A stretch of 64,000 bases of DNA from IMG/VR virus record IMGVR_UViG_3300046782_000291, positions 692 through 64,691 of that record. One strand, written 5' to 3'. Positions 10,353 through 20,290 of the stretch are shown here, one piece after another (position 1 is the first letter of the stretch; every line of letters starts with the position of its first letter). A program made the translations under genes and the position numbers. This stretch comes from a virus (Duplodnaviria > Caudoviricetes). The notes under the pieces are model-generated. The model did no database searches. It was not told the origin of the DNA and worked only from the letters and a program-made list of their open reading frames with translations.

Positions 10353-11431
10353 TGGAGATCCGCTACTTGATGGAAGGTGGAGCAGCGAAGTCTCCTCTGG
10401 GCGACCTGGTGGGACGGGCGCTGGCGGAGACGGGTGGATGGTCGGTGCCAGCCATGCGAGCACCGGGCATCCGATTGCTGGAACAGGCCCAGAACGACCC
10501 ACTGTTCCGGGCGCTGGCCCCGTTGCAGGAGAAGGCGCAGGTTCTGATTGACCAGGAAGTCGTCCAGGTCGGTCTCCAGCGTCTGACTATCGTCAAGGAG
10601 ATCATGGCCGCTGGCCTGACCTACAACTTGACGGACCCGCTCAGCGTGACCCAGCTGGAGTGGTACAGTTCGAACAAGGTGGGAGCGGCTCAGCGGACCA
10701 TGAACCCCAACGCACGGGGTGAGAACAAGATGGTCTCGATGCTCCCCTCGCGTCTGCCGGTCTACTTGACCACGGACACGTTCGAACTGGACATCAGGAC
10801 GCTCAAGATGTCACAGCGGGTGGGCATGCCGCTGGACGTCACGCTCGCGGGTCAGTGCACTCGGTCGGTCAACGAGGCCATCGAGGACGCTATGATCTAC
10901 GGCGCGACCACCCTCGATGGACAGCAGCTGTACGACTCCGGGTATACCGCCTACGGTCTACTCACTGCGCCGAACGCGAATGTGCAGACACTGACGGCGG
11001 CAGCGTGGAACGGCACGACGCCCAACGGCGCCACGGTCTTCAACGAGACCGAGGCGATGATTGGGAAGCTTCAGGGTGACTTGAAGTTCGGACCGTACCA
11101 CATGTTCACGGGAACGACCGTTGGCAACGTGCTGGACGGCGACTACAACACCGTGAACAACGCGCAGGGGCTGACGACTCGCGACCGACTGCTGCGCATT
11201 CCTACGCTCCAGGGCGTGTCGTCGGCGGACATGATGCCAGCGAACAAGGTGGTCCTCGTCCAGATGACGAAGGACGTGGTGGACATCGTCGTGGGCCAGC
11301 CGCCCACCGCGATTCCGTGGACCTCGCTCAATGGGTTCACCATCTACAACCTGATCATGGCCATCATGATCCCGCGCGTCCGCGCTGACTTCAGCGGCAA
11401 CAGCGGCATCTGCGTCGGCACCCTGGTCTAG
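10352..11431 (+). CDS. Major capsid protein (HK97 fold, encapsulin/Linocin-like family)
   Basis: 359 aa; position; YGLLTAPN, GPY and PRVRAD...GI motifs. Confidence 0.8.
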   Translation: MEIRYLMEGGAAKSPLGDLVGRALAETGGWSVPAMRAPGIRLLEQAQNDPLFRALAPLQEKAQVLIDQEVVQVGLQRLTIVKEIMAAGLTYNLTDPLSVTQLEWYSSNKVGAAQRTMNPNARGENKMVSMLPSRLPVYLTTDTFELDIRTLKMSQRVGMPLDVTLAGQCTRSVNEAIEDAMIYGATTLDGQQLYDSGYTAYGLLTAPNANVQTLTAAAWNGTTPNGATVFNETEAMIGKLQGDLKFGPYHMFTGTTVGNVLDGDYNTVNNAQGLTTRDRLLRIPTLQGVSSADMMPANKVVLVQMTKDVVDIVVGQPPTAIPWTSLNGFTIYNLIMAIMIPRVRADFSGNSGICVGTLV

Positions 11432-11505
11432 TTCCAGGCGTCGATGCGTCAGTCACTCGGGAGCGAGGTTCATGGGGAGCCTCGCAACCACTGGAGGATA
11501 GTAGC

Positions 11506-11841
11506 ATGGCAGACAAACGCGACGAGAAGGATGAGAAGAACGGCAGCAAGAGGGAAGCCAAGGAAGCCCCACTGGAAGACCTCGTCATTGTGGGACAGCC
11601 TGGCGACCTCTTCAACGTTCGGTCGGACAAGGGTGGGCTGGGTTCGGGCGGAGTGCTGACCATCGGCGGGATGCCGGTCAAGACCACGCGGTGGGACGAC
11701 AAGCACATCCGGGGAACGCTGCCGAAGGATGCGGAGGGTGCGATCCTGGTCGATGGTGTCAATCGTGGGGTCTATCCCACGCCACCGCCGCCAGACCAGA
11801 CCGCGACGGCAACGGCGAAGACGCCGGTTCACAAGAGCTAG
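11506..11841 (+). CDS. Hypothetical virion-associated protein (IPT/TIG-like strand pattern)
   Basis: GGAGG RBS; G..G.LTIGG..V....W.D..I pattern. Confidence 0.5.
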   Translation: MADKRDEKDEKNGSKREAKEAPLEDLVIVGQPGDLFNVRSDKGGLGSGGVLTIGGMPVKTTRWDDKHIRGTLPKDAEGAILVDGVNRGVYPTPPPPDQTATATAKTPVHKS

Positions 11842-11895
11842 CACGACGAGGGTGAGCGGGGTTCATGGGGAACCCCGCTTCAATCGAGGCGTCCC

Positions 11896-12102
11896 ATGGA
11901 TGAGAAGAAGTTGCGAGAGTGGTCACCACGCCAGGTGTTTGTCCCTCGGGAGTCCAGAGACCTCCAGACAGGAACGTCGCAGTTTGCCACCAGCGACAAG
12001 CATTTGTACGAACGTGGGAAGGACGGCGTCATCCGGTCGATGCACAGTAAAATCCGCAGCAAGAAGGAACGCGTCAAGCAACGACGGGCGAAGAGGAACT
12101 AA
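11896..12102 (+). CDS. Small basic hypothetical protein
   Basis: GAGG RBS; stop abuts the next start (TAATG). Confidence 0.55.
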   Translation: MDEKKLREWSPRQVFVPRESRDLQTGTSQFATSDKHLYERGKDGVIRSMHSKIRSKKERVKQRRAKRN

Positions 12103-12878
12103 TGGCCACTGTCATTGAGACTCCCGGCGCATACAACGCGAACAGCTATGAGTCTGCGGCGGAAGCCACTCAGTATTTCGATGAGCGGTTGCCACTCAAT
12201 CCGCCGTGGCCCACTGATCCAAATACTCAGGCGCAGGCGCTCATCATGGCCACGCGCACGTTGGACTCGTATTCTCGACCGTACACCTACAAGACCGTCA
12301 TCAATGGCGTTCTGTACGACGTGACGCGTCAGAAGTGGACGGGAGCACCCGCCACCGCCACCCAGGCGCTGGCGTGGCCGCGCATCGGAATGTACGACGG
12401 GAACGGGTATCCACTCGATGTGGCCGTTGTGGGCATTACCGCGACGACTCCGACCATCATCCAGACGGGTACACCCCATCGACTCTCGACAGGGAAGACG
12501 GTGTTCCTGTTCAACACGAACAGTCTCCCGAACATCGATGGGGCGTATGTCGTGACGGTCATCACGTCCACGACCTTCTCCATTCCCACCACGGTCCTCA
12601 CAGCGGGCAATCAGGGCACGGCCACCGTGATTCCCAAAGAGCTCAAGTGGGCCACCTCGGAGTTCGCTGGGCAGTTGATCGGGGAAGACCGGACGCTGGA
12701 CAGCGATATCGCGAGACAGAAACTGACGGCACTGCGCGCTGGGTCGGTGGCGCTGAGCTTTGGCGATGGGGTGACGGCTCAAGTCATTCCTGACGCGGTC
12801 ACCACGCTCTTGGTACCCTCGTGGTTGACCACCGAGGTCGTGGAAGGCGCTGTCTCGGCAGAGTGGACGGTGGTGTAG
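12102..12878 (+). CDS. Head-tail adaptor (DnaT-like ssDNA-binding family) with internal beta-rich insertion
   Basis: ANSY.S..EA..YF, AL..ATR.LD, QALAWPR and IP.ELK.A motifs. Confidence 0.7.
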   Translation: MATVIETPGAYNANSYESAAEATQYFDERLPLNPPWPTDPNTQAQALIMATRTLDSYSRPYTYKTVINGVLYDVTRQKWTGAPATATQALAWPRIGMYDGNGYPLDVAVVGITATTPTIIQTGTPHRLSTGKTVFLFNTNSLPNIDGAYVVTVITSTTFSIPTTVLTAGNQGTATVIPKELKWATSEFAGQLIGEDRTLDSDIARQKLTALRAGSVALSFGDGVTAQVIPDAVTTLLVPSWLTTEVVEGAVSAEWTVV

Positions 12879-12879
12879 G

Positions 12880-13344
12880 ATGGGATGGGATGCGGTTGTC
12901 AAGAGTGGCGTCAAGCTTGCGGATAGCATCACCCAGACACTCCAGCCGTATGTCACTTACTCCGCGTGGATTGGCCAGGATGTCTTTGGAAATCCGCGCT
13001 ACACCGCTGCCGTTCGACATCGGGCGCTGGTGGACACGACGGTGCGCAAGCGACGACTCCCGAGTGGGCAGGAAGTTAGCGTGCGCGCTCGGGTCTCCTT
13101 CTTCCGCCCAATGCCGAGCACCGTGGCTCCCACGGTCTTCACGCCTGCGTTCGCGCCCACCGCGTTTGCGCACTCCGCCTTTGCGACGGGTGCTGCCATC
13201 GAGATCAATCGGGTCAATCCCATTGACCCTCGTGACTTGATTATTCTGCCGGATGGGACGACAGGCCCCATCGTGGACAGCGAGGGGCTGGTCAATCCAT
13301 CGACCAATCGGCCCTACTTCTCAGAACTCTGGGTGGGAGTCTAA
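12880..13344 (+). CDS. Head closure/stopper protein (putative)
   Basis: D.FGNP.Y and D.I.LPDG motifs; synteny. Confidence 0.55.
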   Translation: MGWDAVVKSGVKLADSITQTLQPYVTYSAWIGQDVFGNPRYTAAVRHRALVDTTVRKRRLPSGQEVSVRARVSFFRPMPSTVAPTVFTPAFAPTAFAHSAFATGAAIEINRVNPIDPRDLIILPDGTTGPIVDSEGLVNPSTNRPYFSELWVGV

Positions 13345-13346
13345 CG

Positions 13347-15851
13347 GTGAAGATCAATCACGAATTTGTTACGACCGTTCCGGATGAGCCGACACCGGAC
13401 GTCATCCAGCCCTCCGCTTGGAACGCACCGCTGAAAGTCTCGGAGGGGTTGCGTGGCGACCTCTTGGTGCGCGACGACAACATGCCCGATGGGCTCAATG
13501 GGGTGGAGAGTTCGGGGAACGTCGGGTGGGTGCTGACAGACCAGGGCTTCGGTGAGCTGCCTGAATACGGCCCACCATCGACACCCTCCTTCTTGGACCA
13601 GCAGGCGAACGTTGTCTTGGCAGGACCCACGAACGGCCCAGCGACGCAGCCGTCGTTCCGAGTGCTCACCATTACGGACCTGCCGAACAACGTCGCACTG
13701 ATTGGCGACCTTGCAAGCTATGTTCCCACGAATCGGAAAGTCAATGGACACGCGCTGACGTCCGATGTGGTAGTGACGAAGGCGGATATTGGGCTTGGTG
13801 TCGTTGAGAATACGGCACTCTCCACGTGGCCCGGTTCGGCTAGCATCACCACCCTCGGGACCATCACGGCGGGCACGTGGACTGCGAGTGCGATTGCCGC
13901 GCAGTATCTAGGCGCAGGCCCACTCACGAATGGCTTTGTACTTACGCTCGTGGGCGGTGTTTCGACGTGGGCGGCAGCAGCTACAGGAGGTTCACCACTC
14001 CCAACGGCACCACTTGGTCAGGTCCTCATTAGCCAGGGCGCTGGTGTTGCCCCCATCTTCAGTGCGGCACTGAACGTCTCGTCTATTGCTATCGCAGATG
14101 CTCTCTTCAATCAGTTTTCTCTCGCTCTTCCGCAAGGTAGAGTGAGTGCCTCTTCGATACGCCCTGTTCCACAGTCAGTGGCTGGTCCAGACGATACGCC
14201 CGGTGACTTGTTCAACTTCACCAATAGTACAGTGAGTGCTCCTGGTGGGATTGTTACAGGTGGTGGGTCGTTCAGTGTACTCGCACGATGGGATGGAACG
14301 AACTATGTCGTGATTGGGGGAGTCGCGGGCGCTGGTGGAGGCGGTCCAGTCTCGGCTGGCGCGCTCACCGGCACGACACTGGCGGCGAACGTCGTTACTT
14401 CGTCATTGACGACCGTGGGAACGATCATCGCCGGCACGTGGAACGGTGATGCGCTTGGTCCTGCCTACCTCGGAGCCGGAACACCGACCAATGGGTTTGT
14501 CCTCACCATCGCGAGTGGAGTTCCTACATGGCAAGCCGCTGCCGGCGGTAGTGGGAGTCTTGCCGTTGGAACCTCAGCTATCACTGGTGGCGCGGCGGGC
14601 AGTGTGCTCTATCACGCCGCTGGAAACGTGCTTGGTGAGATGACGACGACGGGCACTGGTACAACGCTCGCACTGTCAGACTCGCCCAGCTTCACGACAA
14701 AGGTAGCCGCACCACTCTACACGGGAACGACTGGCACGCTCAATATTACCGCGTCTATCCCTATTCAGGGCACCGTTACCCTGCAAGGTAACGCGCTGGT
14801 CATGTCGAGTTCCAATGCAGTGCCCGGCACAGTTAGTGGCAATGCGAACGGCGGCAACACGACGGTCACGACTGGTAACGGTGCACGCTTCTCCTCCGGT
14901 GACGCGAACGGCGGGTTCTTACTTCTCACCACTGGATCAGGCCTAGGGCAAGGCTTCTCGGGTAGTGCTAGTCTCAAGTCATTGAGTGATATTGCCTCTG
15001 GCACGGTAGCGGTAGGCACCGGTGATGGGTCATCGTCAGCCGGTTCGACAGGCAACCTATCGTTGTTCACTGGGAATTGCACCGCGCAGAATGCCGCTGG
15101 CCCTGTTGGGAATGTGTTGGTCACGACAGGCTCTGCTAGTGTCACTCGGACCTCCGCGAACCCGACACTGAATGCGGGTATCTTCAACGTCACGACTGGC
15201 GCAGGTCAATCGACCAGTAACACGGCAGGTATCGCCTCTTCTGGTGGTGCTATCCAGCTATTCACGGGTCCTGGTGGAGCGGCAACAGCCGTGACCGGTG
15301 TTCACACTGGCGGACCTAGTGGGAACTTCGTCGTGGCGACGGGCGCAGGAGGCAATGCGGCCGCTGGCGGAACGCCGACAGGCGGTGACTCCGGCTTCGT
15401 TCAAATTTCGACCGGACTGGCCGGCACGGGCACGACACCGGGGAACGTTGGAGTCATCTCGTTCAGGCCAGGCACGGTAACGATGCTCACGTTGTCTGCG
15501 ACGCAGGCATCCTACTCGATGCCCACACTCGCTGGTGCCGCCGCGAATGCGAGCATCCCAATCACGGTCACGTGGAATACGACGGGTGTGGTAGACGGTG
15601 CGCTGCGAATTCAGGTGACGGAGACAGCCAAGGGTGCGAACTCACTCTACCTCGCGATTTACGGCGGAGTCGCTGGAGCCACCATCGAACACTCGATTGC
15701 GACTGGTGGAGTGAACTACAACCTTGGGAAGGTGCGCACAGATGATCGGTTCAACGTGGCTGGAACGGATGGCGTGACCGCCGGTCCGTTCACAACCATC
15801 ACGGGCATCACGGTCAAGGGTGGGATCGTCACCGCTATCTCGGGAACGTAA
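13347..15851 (+). CDS. Large Gly/Thr/Ala-rich fibre-like virion protein
   Basis: 834 aa; repeated ITTLGTI.AGTW / YLGAG..TNGFVLT blocks and xTGxG beta-repeats. Confidence 0.65.
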   Translation: MKINHEFVTTVPDEPTPDVIQPSAWNAPLKVSEGLRGDLLVRDDNMPDGLNGVESSGNVGWVLTDQGFGELPEYGPPSTPSFLDQQANVVLAGPTNGPATQPSFRVLTITDLPNNVALIGDLASYVPTNRKVNGHALTSDVVVTKADIGLGVVENTALSTWPGSASITTLGTITAGTWTASAIAAQYLGAGPLTNGFVLTLVGGVSTWAAAATGGSPLPTAPLGQVLISQGAGVAPIFSAALNVSSIAIADALFNQFSLALPQGRVSASSIRPVPQSVAGPDDTPGDLFNFTNSTVSAPGGIVTGGGSFSVLARWDGTNYVVIGGVAGAGGGGPVSAGALTGTTLAANVVTSSLTTVGTIIAGTWNGDALGPAYLGAGTPTNGFVLTIASGVPTWQAAAGGSGSLAVGTSAITGGAAGSVLYHAAGNVLGEMTTTGTGTTLALSDSPSFTTKVAAPLYTGTTGTLNITASIPIQGTVTLQGNALVMSSSNAVPGTVSGNANGGNTTVTTGNGARFSSGDANGGFLLLTTGSGLGQGFSGSASLKSLSDIASGTVAVGTGDGSSSAGSTGNLSLFTGNCTAQNAAGPVGNVLVTTGSASVTRTSANPTLNAGIFNVTTGAGQSTSNTAGIASSGGAIQLFTGPGGAATAVTGVHTGGPSGNFVVATGAGGNAAAGGTPTGGDSGFVQISTGLAGTGTTPGNVGVISFRPGTVTMLTLSATQASYSMPTLAGAAANASIPITVTWNTTGVVDGALRIQVTETAKGANSLYLAIYGGVAGATIEHSIATGGVNYNLGKVRTDDRFNVAGTDGVTAGPFTTITGITVKGGIVTAISGT

Positions 15852-15866
15852 CGCTCAGCGAGTATC

Positions 15867-16322
15867 ATGGGGGTGCTCGCTCGGATCAACGCAAGGAACA
15901 AGACCATGCTTCGTCGTGTCGTATTCGAACAGACTGCTGCGGGACGGGAACACTTCGACATCATCTACTCGGGCATGTTATTGGCCGTGGCCGATGCCTC
16001 TAGCAAGGCTGTGGACAAGCTGGAAGGCCGGATGGAGTCTCGTATCATCCGCAAGCTTCAAGCCATCTCGCAGATCAAGCTGGACGAGAAGACCGGCCAG
16101 CCAGTGACGTTCGCCACGGGTGAGGAGGTTCGCGAACTCACCGCCGGCACGGATCATACGCTGGACTTCGAACAGCAGGAGATCACGCTCATGACCGAGC
16201 GTATCGAGCGTGTGCGTTGGTTCGCGACGAAGCGTATGCGCGCATTCGATACCATTGACTACCTGGATGCTGCCGAGAAGGTGGAACCCTCGGAGTCCAA
16301 GCTGAGAGCCGTGGAGAAGTAA
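15867..16322 (+). CDS. Hypothetical protein (possible fibre chaperone)
   Basis: ORF in operon context after the fibre-like gene. Confidence 0.5.
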   Translation: MGVLARINARNKTMLRRVVFEQTAAGREHFDIIYSGMLLAVADASSKAVDKLEGRMESRIIRKLQAISQIKLDEKTGQPVTFATGEEVRELTAGTDHTLDFEQQEITLMTERIERVRWFATKRMRAFDTIDYLDAAEKVEPSESKLRAVEK

Positions 16323-16324
16323 CC

Positions 16325-16975
16325 ATGGATACTCTCTGCTCGCTCTGCTCGCTCTGCGTGATGGTGTTCAATCGTTACGACTTGCTCGTGGACTGTCTTC
16401 GGTCTGCGAGCCGTGGGACAATCATTCCTGACCTTCTCTACGTCATCAACAACGGTCGCGACGACGGGAAACTGGAACAGGCCCTTCTCGCCTGGGAAGG
16501 GCACGCGAGGGTGGTCTATACGCCCAAGGTTCCGATGGGGGTGGCGGAGTCTTGGAATTGGTTCCTCGACAACGCTCCGGACCCTCGTATCATCACGAAC
16601 GATGACGTGGTGTTTGGCGTCAGGACGTTCGAGGCGATGTTATCGGCGGAGGGTCTTTTCATTTCGCCGTTGAAGGATGCGGCGTTTTCTTGCTTCCTCA
16701 TCCATGACGAATGCGTGAAGATCGTGGGCCGGTTCGATGAGACGATCTCACCTGGTTACGCCTACTTCGAAGACTGCGATTATTTCACTCGCATGCGCGC
16801 AGCAGGCGTGTCGGTCATTCAGGTCGAAAGTGATACTCAGCACGTCGGCAGCGCTACGCTGAAAGCCCAGTCACCGTTGGACTGGGAAGACCATCACCGT
16901 CGTTTCCTTCTCGCGCAGAACAACTACGTGAAGAAGTGGGGCAAGTTGCCGGAGGGTAGGGTGCTTCAAAGATGA
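16325..16975 (+). CDS. Glycosyltransferase, GT-A fold (GT2-like)
   Basis: VINNG, GVAESWN, ITNDD, VGRFDE..SPGYAYFEDCDY, H.GSAT motifs. Confidence 0.8.
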   Translation: MDTLCSLCSLCVMVFNRYDLLVDCLRSASRGTIIPDLLYVINNGRDDGKLEQALLAWEGHARVVYTPKVPMGVAESWNWFLDNAPDPRIITNDDVVFGVRTFEAMLSAEGLFISPLKDAAFSCFLIHDECVKIVGRFDETISPGYAYFEDCDYFTRMRAAGVSVIQVESDTQHVGSATLKAQSPLDWEDHHRRFLLAQNNYVKKWGKLPEGRVLQR

Positions 16976-17712
16976 CCCCAACCTTCACGGTTCTCATAGG
17001 GTCAATTGGTCGGCCAGTATTGAAGAATGCTCTGGACTCGATCAAGCGGCAGAGTCTTGTCGAGGGTGACCAGGTCATCGTCTCCATCGATAGCTTTGAA
17101 CACGGTGAGCGGGAGGACGTGCAGACGTTGGTGCGGAGTTATGGTGAGGGCTTCCTCGCGACGCACTACAACTCCGGCTATCACTGGCTTGGCGTGGAAC
17201 AGATCAACCATGCGATGCGCACGGTTCCGATGACTGGGACGCATGTCTTGACGATTGGCGACGATGACGTGTTCGTTGACGGAGCCTACGAGGTGTTCCG
17301 TCATTACTGCGCGCAGGATACGCTTCGTCCGGTGTTGTGGAAGTTCCTCGCGCCGAATCGTTGGATACTCTGGCGTGAACCCAAGATGCAGTCGTGTCTG
17401 ATCAGTGGGTGCTGCATCGCGGCTCCGATGCCGTTCAGCGAACTGATGCATACGCGACTGGAAACCACTCACGACTTCGATTGGATGGAAGCCGTCATCG
17501 CGAAGTCTGGGAAGACGCCGTTGTGGTTGGACTACGTGGGAGTGATCGCCCGCCCCGACCAGAACGGTAATGATGTCATGCATCAAGGTGTGTGGGGTTG
17601 TAACCGGTGCGGTCGTTGGCACTATCGCGAACACCTTGATTATGCATCGCCTTCGCACTGCTACTGCGGCAGAGTGATTGACTTCTTGCCTCGTGAGGTG
17701 GCCCAAGTATGA
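16972..17712 (+). CDS. Glycosyltransferase, GT-A fold (GT2-like)
   Basis: TVLI.SIGR..L..AL.SI..Q and IGDDDVF (DxD) motifs; C-terminal Cys cluster. Confidence 0.75.
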   Translation: MTPTFTVLIGSIGRPVLKNALDSIKRQSLVEGDQVIVSIDSFEHGEREDVQTLVRSYGEGFLATHYNSGYHWLGVEQINHAMRTVPMTGTHVLTIGDDDVFVDGAYEVFRHYCAQDTLRPVLWKFLAPNRWILWREPKMQSCLISGCCIAAPMPFSELMHTRLETTHDFDWMEAVIAKSGKTPLWLDYVGVIARPDQNGNDVMHQGVWGCNRCGRWHYREHLDYASPSHCYCGRVIDFLPREVAQV

Positions 17713-18953
17713 GCAAACCCATTCTCCTCTGGGTTGGTGATGGTGGAGTCAGTTCTGGTTTCGAGCGCAGCACTCGCTACGCGTGCGCAGCACTCCAGGC
17801 CGAGTTTGATGTGCACGTCCTGGCATTGAACTATCACGGTGACCCGTGCTTCCAGAAGGGTGAAGTCAAGCCGTGGCCCTACACGATGTGGGGTTGCTAC
17901 GCGGGCGTGGGCGGTGACTTGTTTGGGATCAAGCGACTCCCGGAGATGATTGCAAGGCTCAAGCCTGCGTGTATCGTGATCCAGAACGACCCATGGAACT
18001 TCCGCGCGTATCAACAGACCATCGGTGAGACGATCCCGACCATCGGCATCGTTGCGGTCGATGGGAAGAACTGCCGTGGGGACGAACTCAATGGACTGAA
18101 GCTTGCCATCTTCTGGACACAGTTCGGAGAGGAACAAGCCCGTCTCGGAGGGTACACCGGGCCATCGGCGGTCATTCCGCTGGGCGTGGACCTCACCATC
18201 TACAAGCCCTACAAACGTGAGGAGGTTCGCGCCAAACTCCGAGGTGTCAAGCAGATCTTCGAACAACACGGGATGGGCTTGGACGCCTTCGTGGTTGGTG
18301 CCGTTGGACGAAACCAGCCGCGCAAACGGCTGGACCTCACCCTCGATTACTTCGCTGAGTGGGTCCACGGCGGACACGAGGTCGAGGGGCGGTCCAAGGA
18401 CACGGTGGTGCACAAGGATGCGCTCCTCTGGCTCCACGTCGCGCCCACCGGGGAACAGGCGTATGAGCTGGACCAGCTGGCACACTACTACGGCATCACC
18501 AACCAGGTCCTCCTCGGGGAAGTTCCCGTGGACGGTGGGCTGGAAGAGTCTACACTGGCCCTCGTGTACAACGTCTTCGACATCGGCTTCACGACCACTC
18601 AGGGTGAGGGCTTCGGGTTGACGACGTTCGAGATGATGGCATGCGGCGTTCCTTCCATCGTTCCTGACTGGTCCGCCCTCGGAGAACTCACGGATAGCGC
18701 GTGCCTCCAGGTGGAGTGTACAACCACGGCGGCAACGACCAGTGGGATCAATTGCATTGGCGGCGTGATGGACAAGCGGCTCGCCATCGATGCCCTTGAG
18801 TTTCTGTACAGCCATCCGGCCAGACGCGAGGCGTTTGCCCGACGTGGAGTGGCTCTTGTGAATGACCCTCGCTATCGCTGGGAGAATATCGGCCAGGCGA
18901 TACTCCACGAGGTCAAGACGACGTTGAAAGAACTCAGCGAGGCGGTGGCTTAA
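17709..18953 (+). CDS. Glycosyltransferase, GT-B fold (GT4-like)
   Basis: SGF, NDPW, IPLGVD, RNQPRKRLD and GEGFGLTTFEMMACGVP (E-x7-E) motifs. Confidence 0.88.
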   Translation: MSKPILLWVGDGGVSSGFERSTRYACAALQAEFDVHVLALNYHGDPCFQKGEVKPWPYTMWGCYAGVGGDLFGIKRLPEMIARLKPACIVIQNDPWNFRAYQQTIGETIPTIGIVAVDGKNCRGDELNGLKLAIFWTQFGEEQARLGGYTGPSAVIPLGVDLTIYKPYKREEVRAKLRGVKQIFEQHGMGLDAFVVGAVGRNQPRKRLDLTLDYFAEWVHGGHEVEGRSKDTVVHKDALLWLHVAPTGEQAYELDQLAHYYGITNQVLLGEVPVDGGLEESTLALVYNVFDIGFTTTQGEGFGLTTFEMMACGVPSIVPDWSALGELTDSACLQVECTTTAATTSGINCIGGVMDKRLAIDALEFLYSHPARREAFARRGVALVNDPRYRWENIGQAILHEVKTTLKELSEAVA

Positions 18954-19402
18954 TGGCGGGTGGAGCGACTGGATCGGCGCTGGTGACTGGGTCGAAGGAA
19001 ATTGCCAAGACCCTTCGGCAGTTGGCCACGAAGTTCCCGGATCGCGTGCTTGCTGCGCTCTATCTTGAAGCTCAGATTGAGATGACTGAGAGCAAGCGGC
19101 GCTGCCCAGTTTCGCCCACCAAGTCGCAGATGAAGGCGATGGGCCGGAGTTGGTCCAAGAATACGAGACCAGGCACCCTCCGAGCCAGTGGCTACGTGGC
19201 TCAGCCAGAGCGGAATGGTCGCACCCTCTCGGTGGAGATGGGGTATGGGGGTGCGGCTGCGGACTACGCGATCCCGCAGCATGAACGCCTGGACTATCAA
19301 CACACCACTGGGCAGGCGAAGTATCTGGAGTCGGTGTTGAATGAGTCGCGACCTTCGATGGCTCAACGAATTGGGGCGCGTGTCCAGCTGGGAGAAGACT
19401 AG
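18953..19402 (+). CDS. Tail completion protein (HK97 gp10-like)
   Basis: PV..GTLRASG, YA..QHE and GQAKYLE motifs. Confidence 0.75.
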   Translation: MAGGATGSALVTGSKEIAKTLRQLATKFPDRVLAALYLEAQIEMTESKRRCPVSPTKSQMKAMGRSWSKNTRPGTLRASGYVAQPERNGRTLSVEMGYGGAAADYAIPQHERLDYQHTTGQAKYLESVLNESRPSMAQRIGARVQLGED

Positions 19403-19803
19403 TGTTCGCACAGGAGATTGCAGACCGGCTGCAAAATCAAGCGGTGGGTATCTTTGGCCGGTCCATTTTCATCGGAGCCAGCGCGAACTTCCCAGTGGGT
19501 GAGGTCTGCGTCTCCGTCATCGAGACGGGTGGAACCGGACCGAGCCGAACGCACAACAATACCGCTACACAGCGACCGACTGCGCAGATTGCCACGAGGG
19601 CCAAAGGCTATGACGTGGCCCGAGCAAAGGCGCAAGCCGCGTATGAAGCCCTCGGTGGGGCGAATGGGCTGTACAATATCACGCTCTCGTCAGTCTTCTA
19701 TCTGAGCGTGACAACACGCCAGGAACCAACTGACGCTGGACTGGACGACAACGCACGGCAGGTATTCACGTTCAACATCGACGCTGAGAAGCAGCCGTCG
19801 TAA
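19402..19803 (+). CDS. Tail terminator / minor capsid-family protein
   Basis: IETGG.GP, P..QI..R and D...R..F.FN motifs; synteny. Confidence 0.7.
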   Translation: MFAQEIADRLQNQAVGIFGRSIFIGASANFPVGEVCVSVIETGGTGPSRTHNNTATQRPTAQIATRAKGYDVARAKAQAAYEALGGANGLYNITLSSVFYLSVTTRQEPTDAGLDDNARQVFTFNIDAEKQPS

Positions 19804-19837
19804 TAGCTCGCAAGAGCATTTGGAGAAGGAGAAGTCA

Positions 19838-20290
19838 ATGACCATTGCAGTCAGCGGGCACGGCACGCTTATCGCGCGAGCGCCAGCGGCAACGCCCACC
19901 GTCTTCACCACCATCGCGGAGTTGGGTGACATCACGCTACCTGGCTTCACGAAGAACGAGTTCGACGTCACGACGCAGAACCTGAACATCGACAACTACG
20001 TCATGGGCATTCCGCGTCGCAACCCGAACACCATCACTCTGCACTTCCTGGCGAGTGATCCGACCCACGACCATCTGACCGGATTGTCGAAGGCGTTCAT
20101 CGACAACAGCTTCGACGGGTACAAGTTCACGATGGTGTCGGGTGGGTCCATCTACATGACCTACATCTACTCCGGCAACGTCAAGGCCATCGAGAACATC
20201 AAGGCCCCGGTGGACGGCCCGGTGATGGCCGATGTCACGCTCAGGTTCAGCGGACCGTACACGATCAACGGAGTCGTGGTCGGTCTGTAA
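19838..20290 (+). CDS. Major tail (tube) protein
   Basis: GGAGAAG RBS; FTTIAEL.DI..PG...D.T and TL..SG motifs. Confidence 0.78.
   Translation: MTIAVSGHGTLIARAPAATPTVFTTIAELGDITLPGFTKNEFDVTTQNLNIDNYVMGIPRRNPNTITLHFLASDPTHDHLTGLSKAFIDNSFDGYKFTMVSGGSIYMTYIYSGNVKAIENIKAPVDGPVMADVTLRFSGPYTINGVVVGL

Noticed and set aside
5593-18908. Long antisense ORFs (e.g. 5593-6483, 8888-10006, 17661-18908)
   Set aside because: Shadow frames of high-GC coding genes with no motifs or RBS
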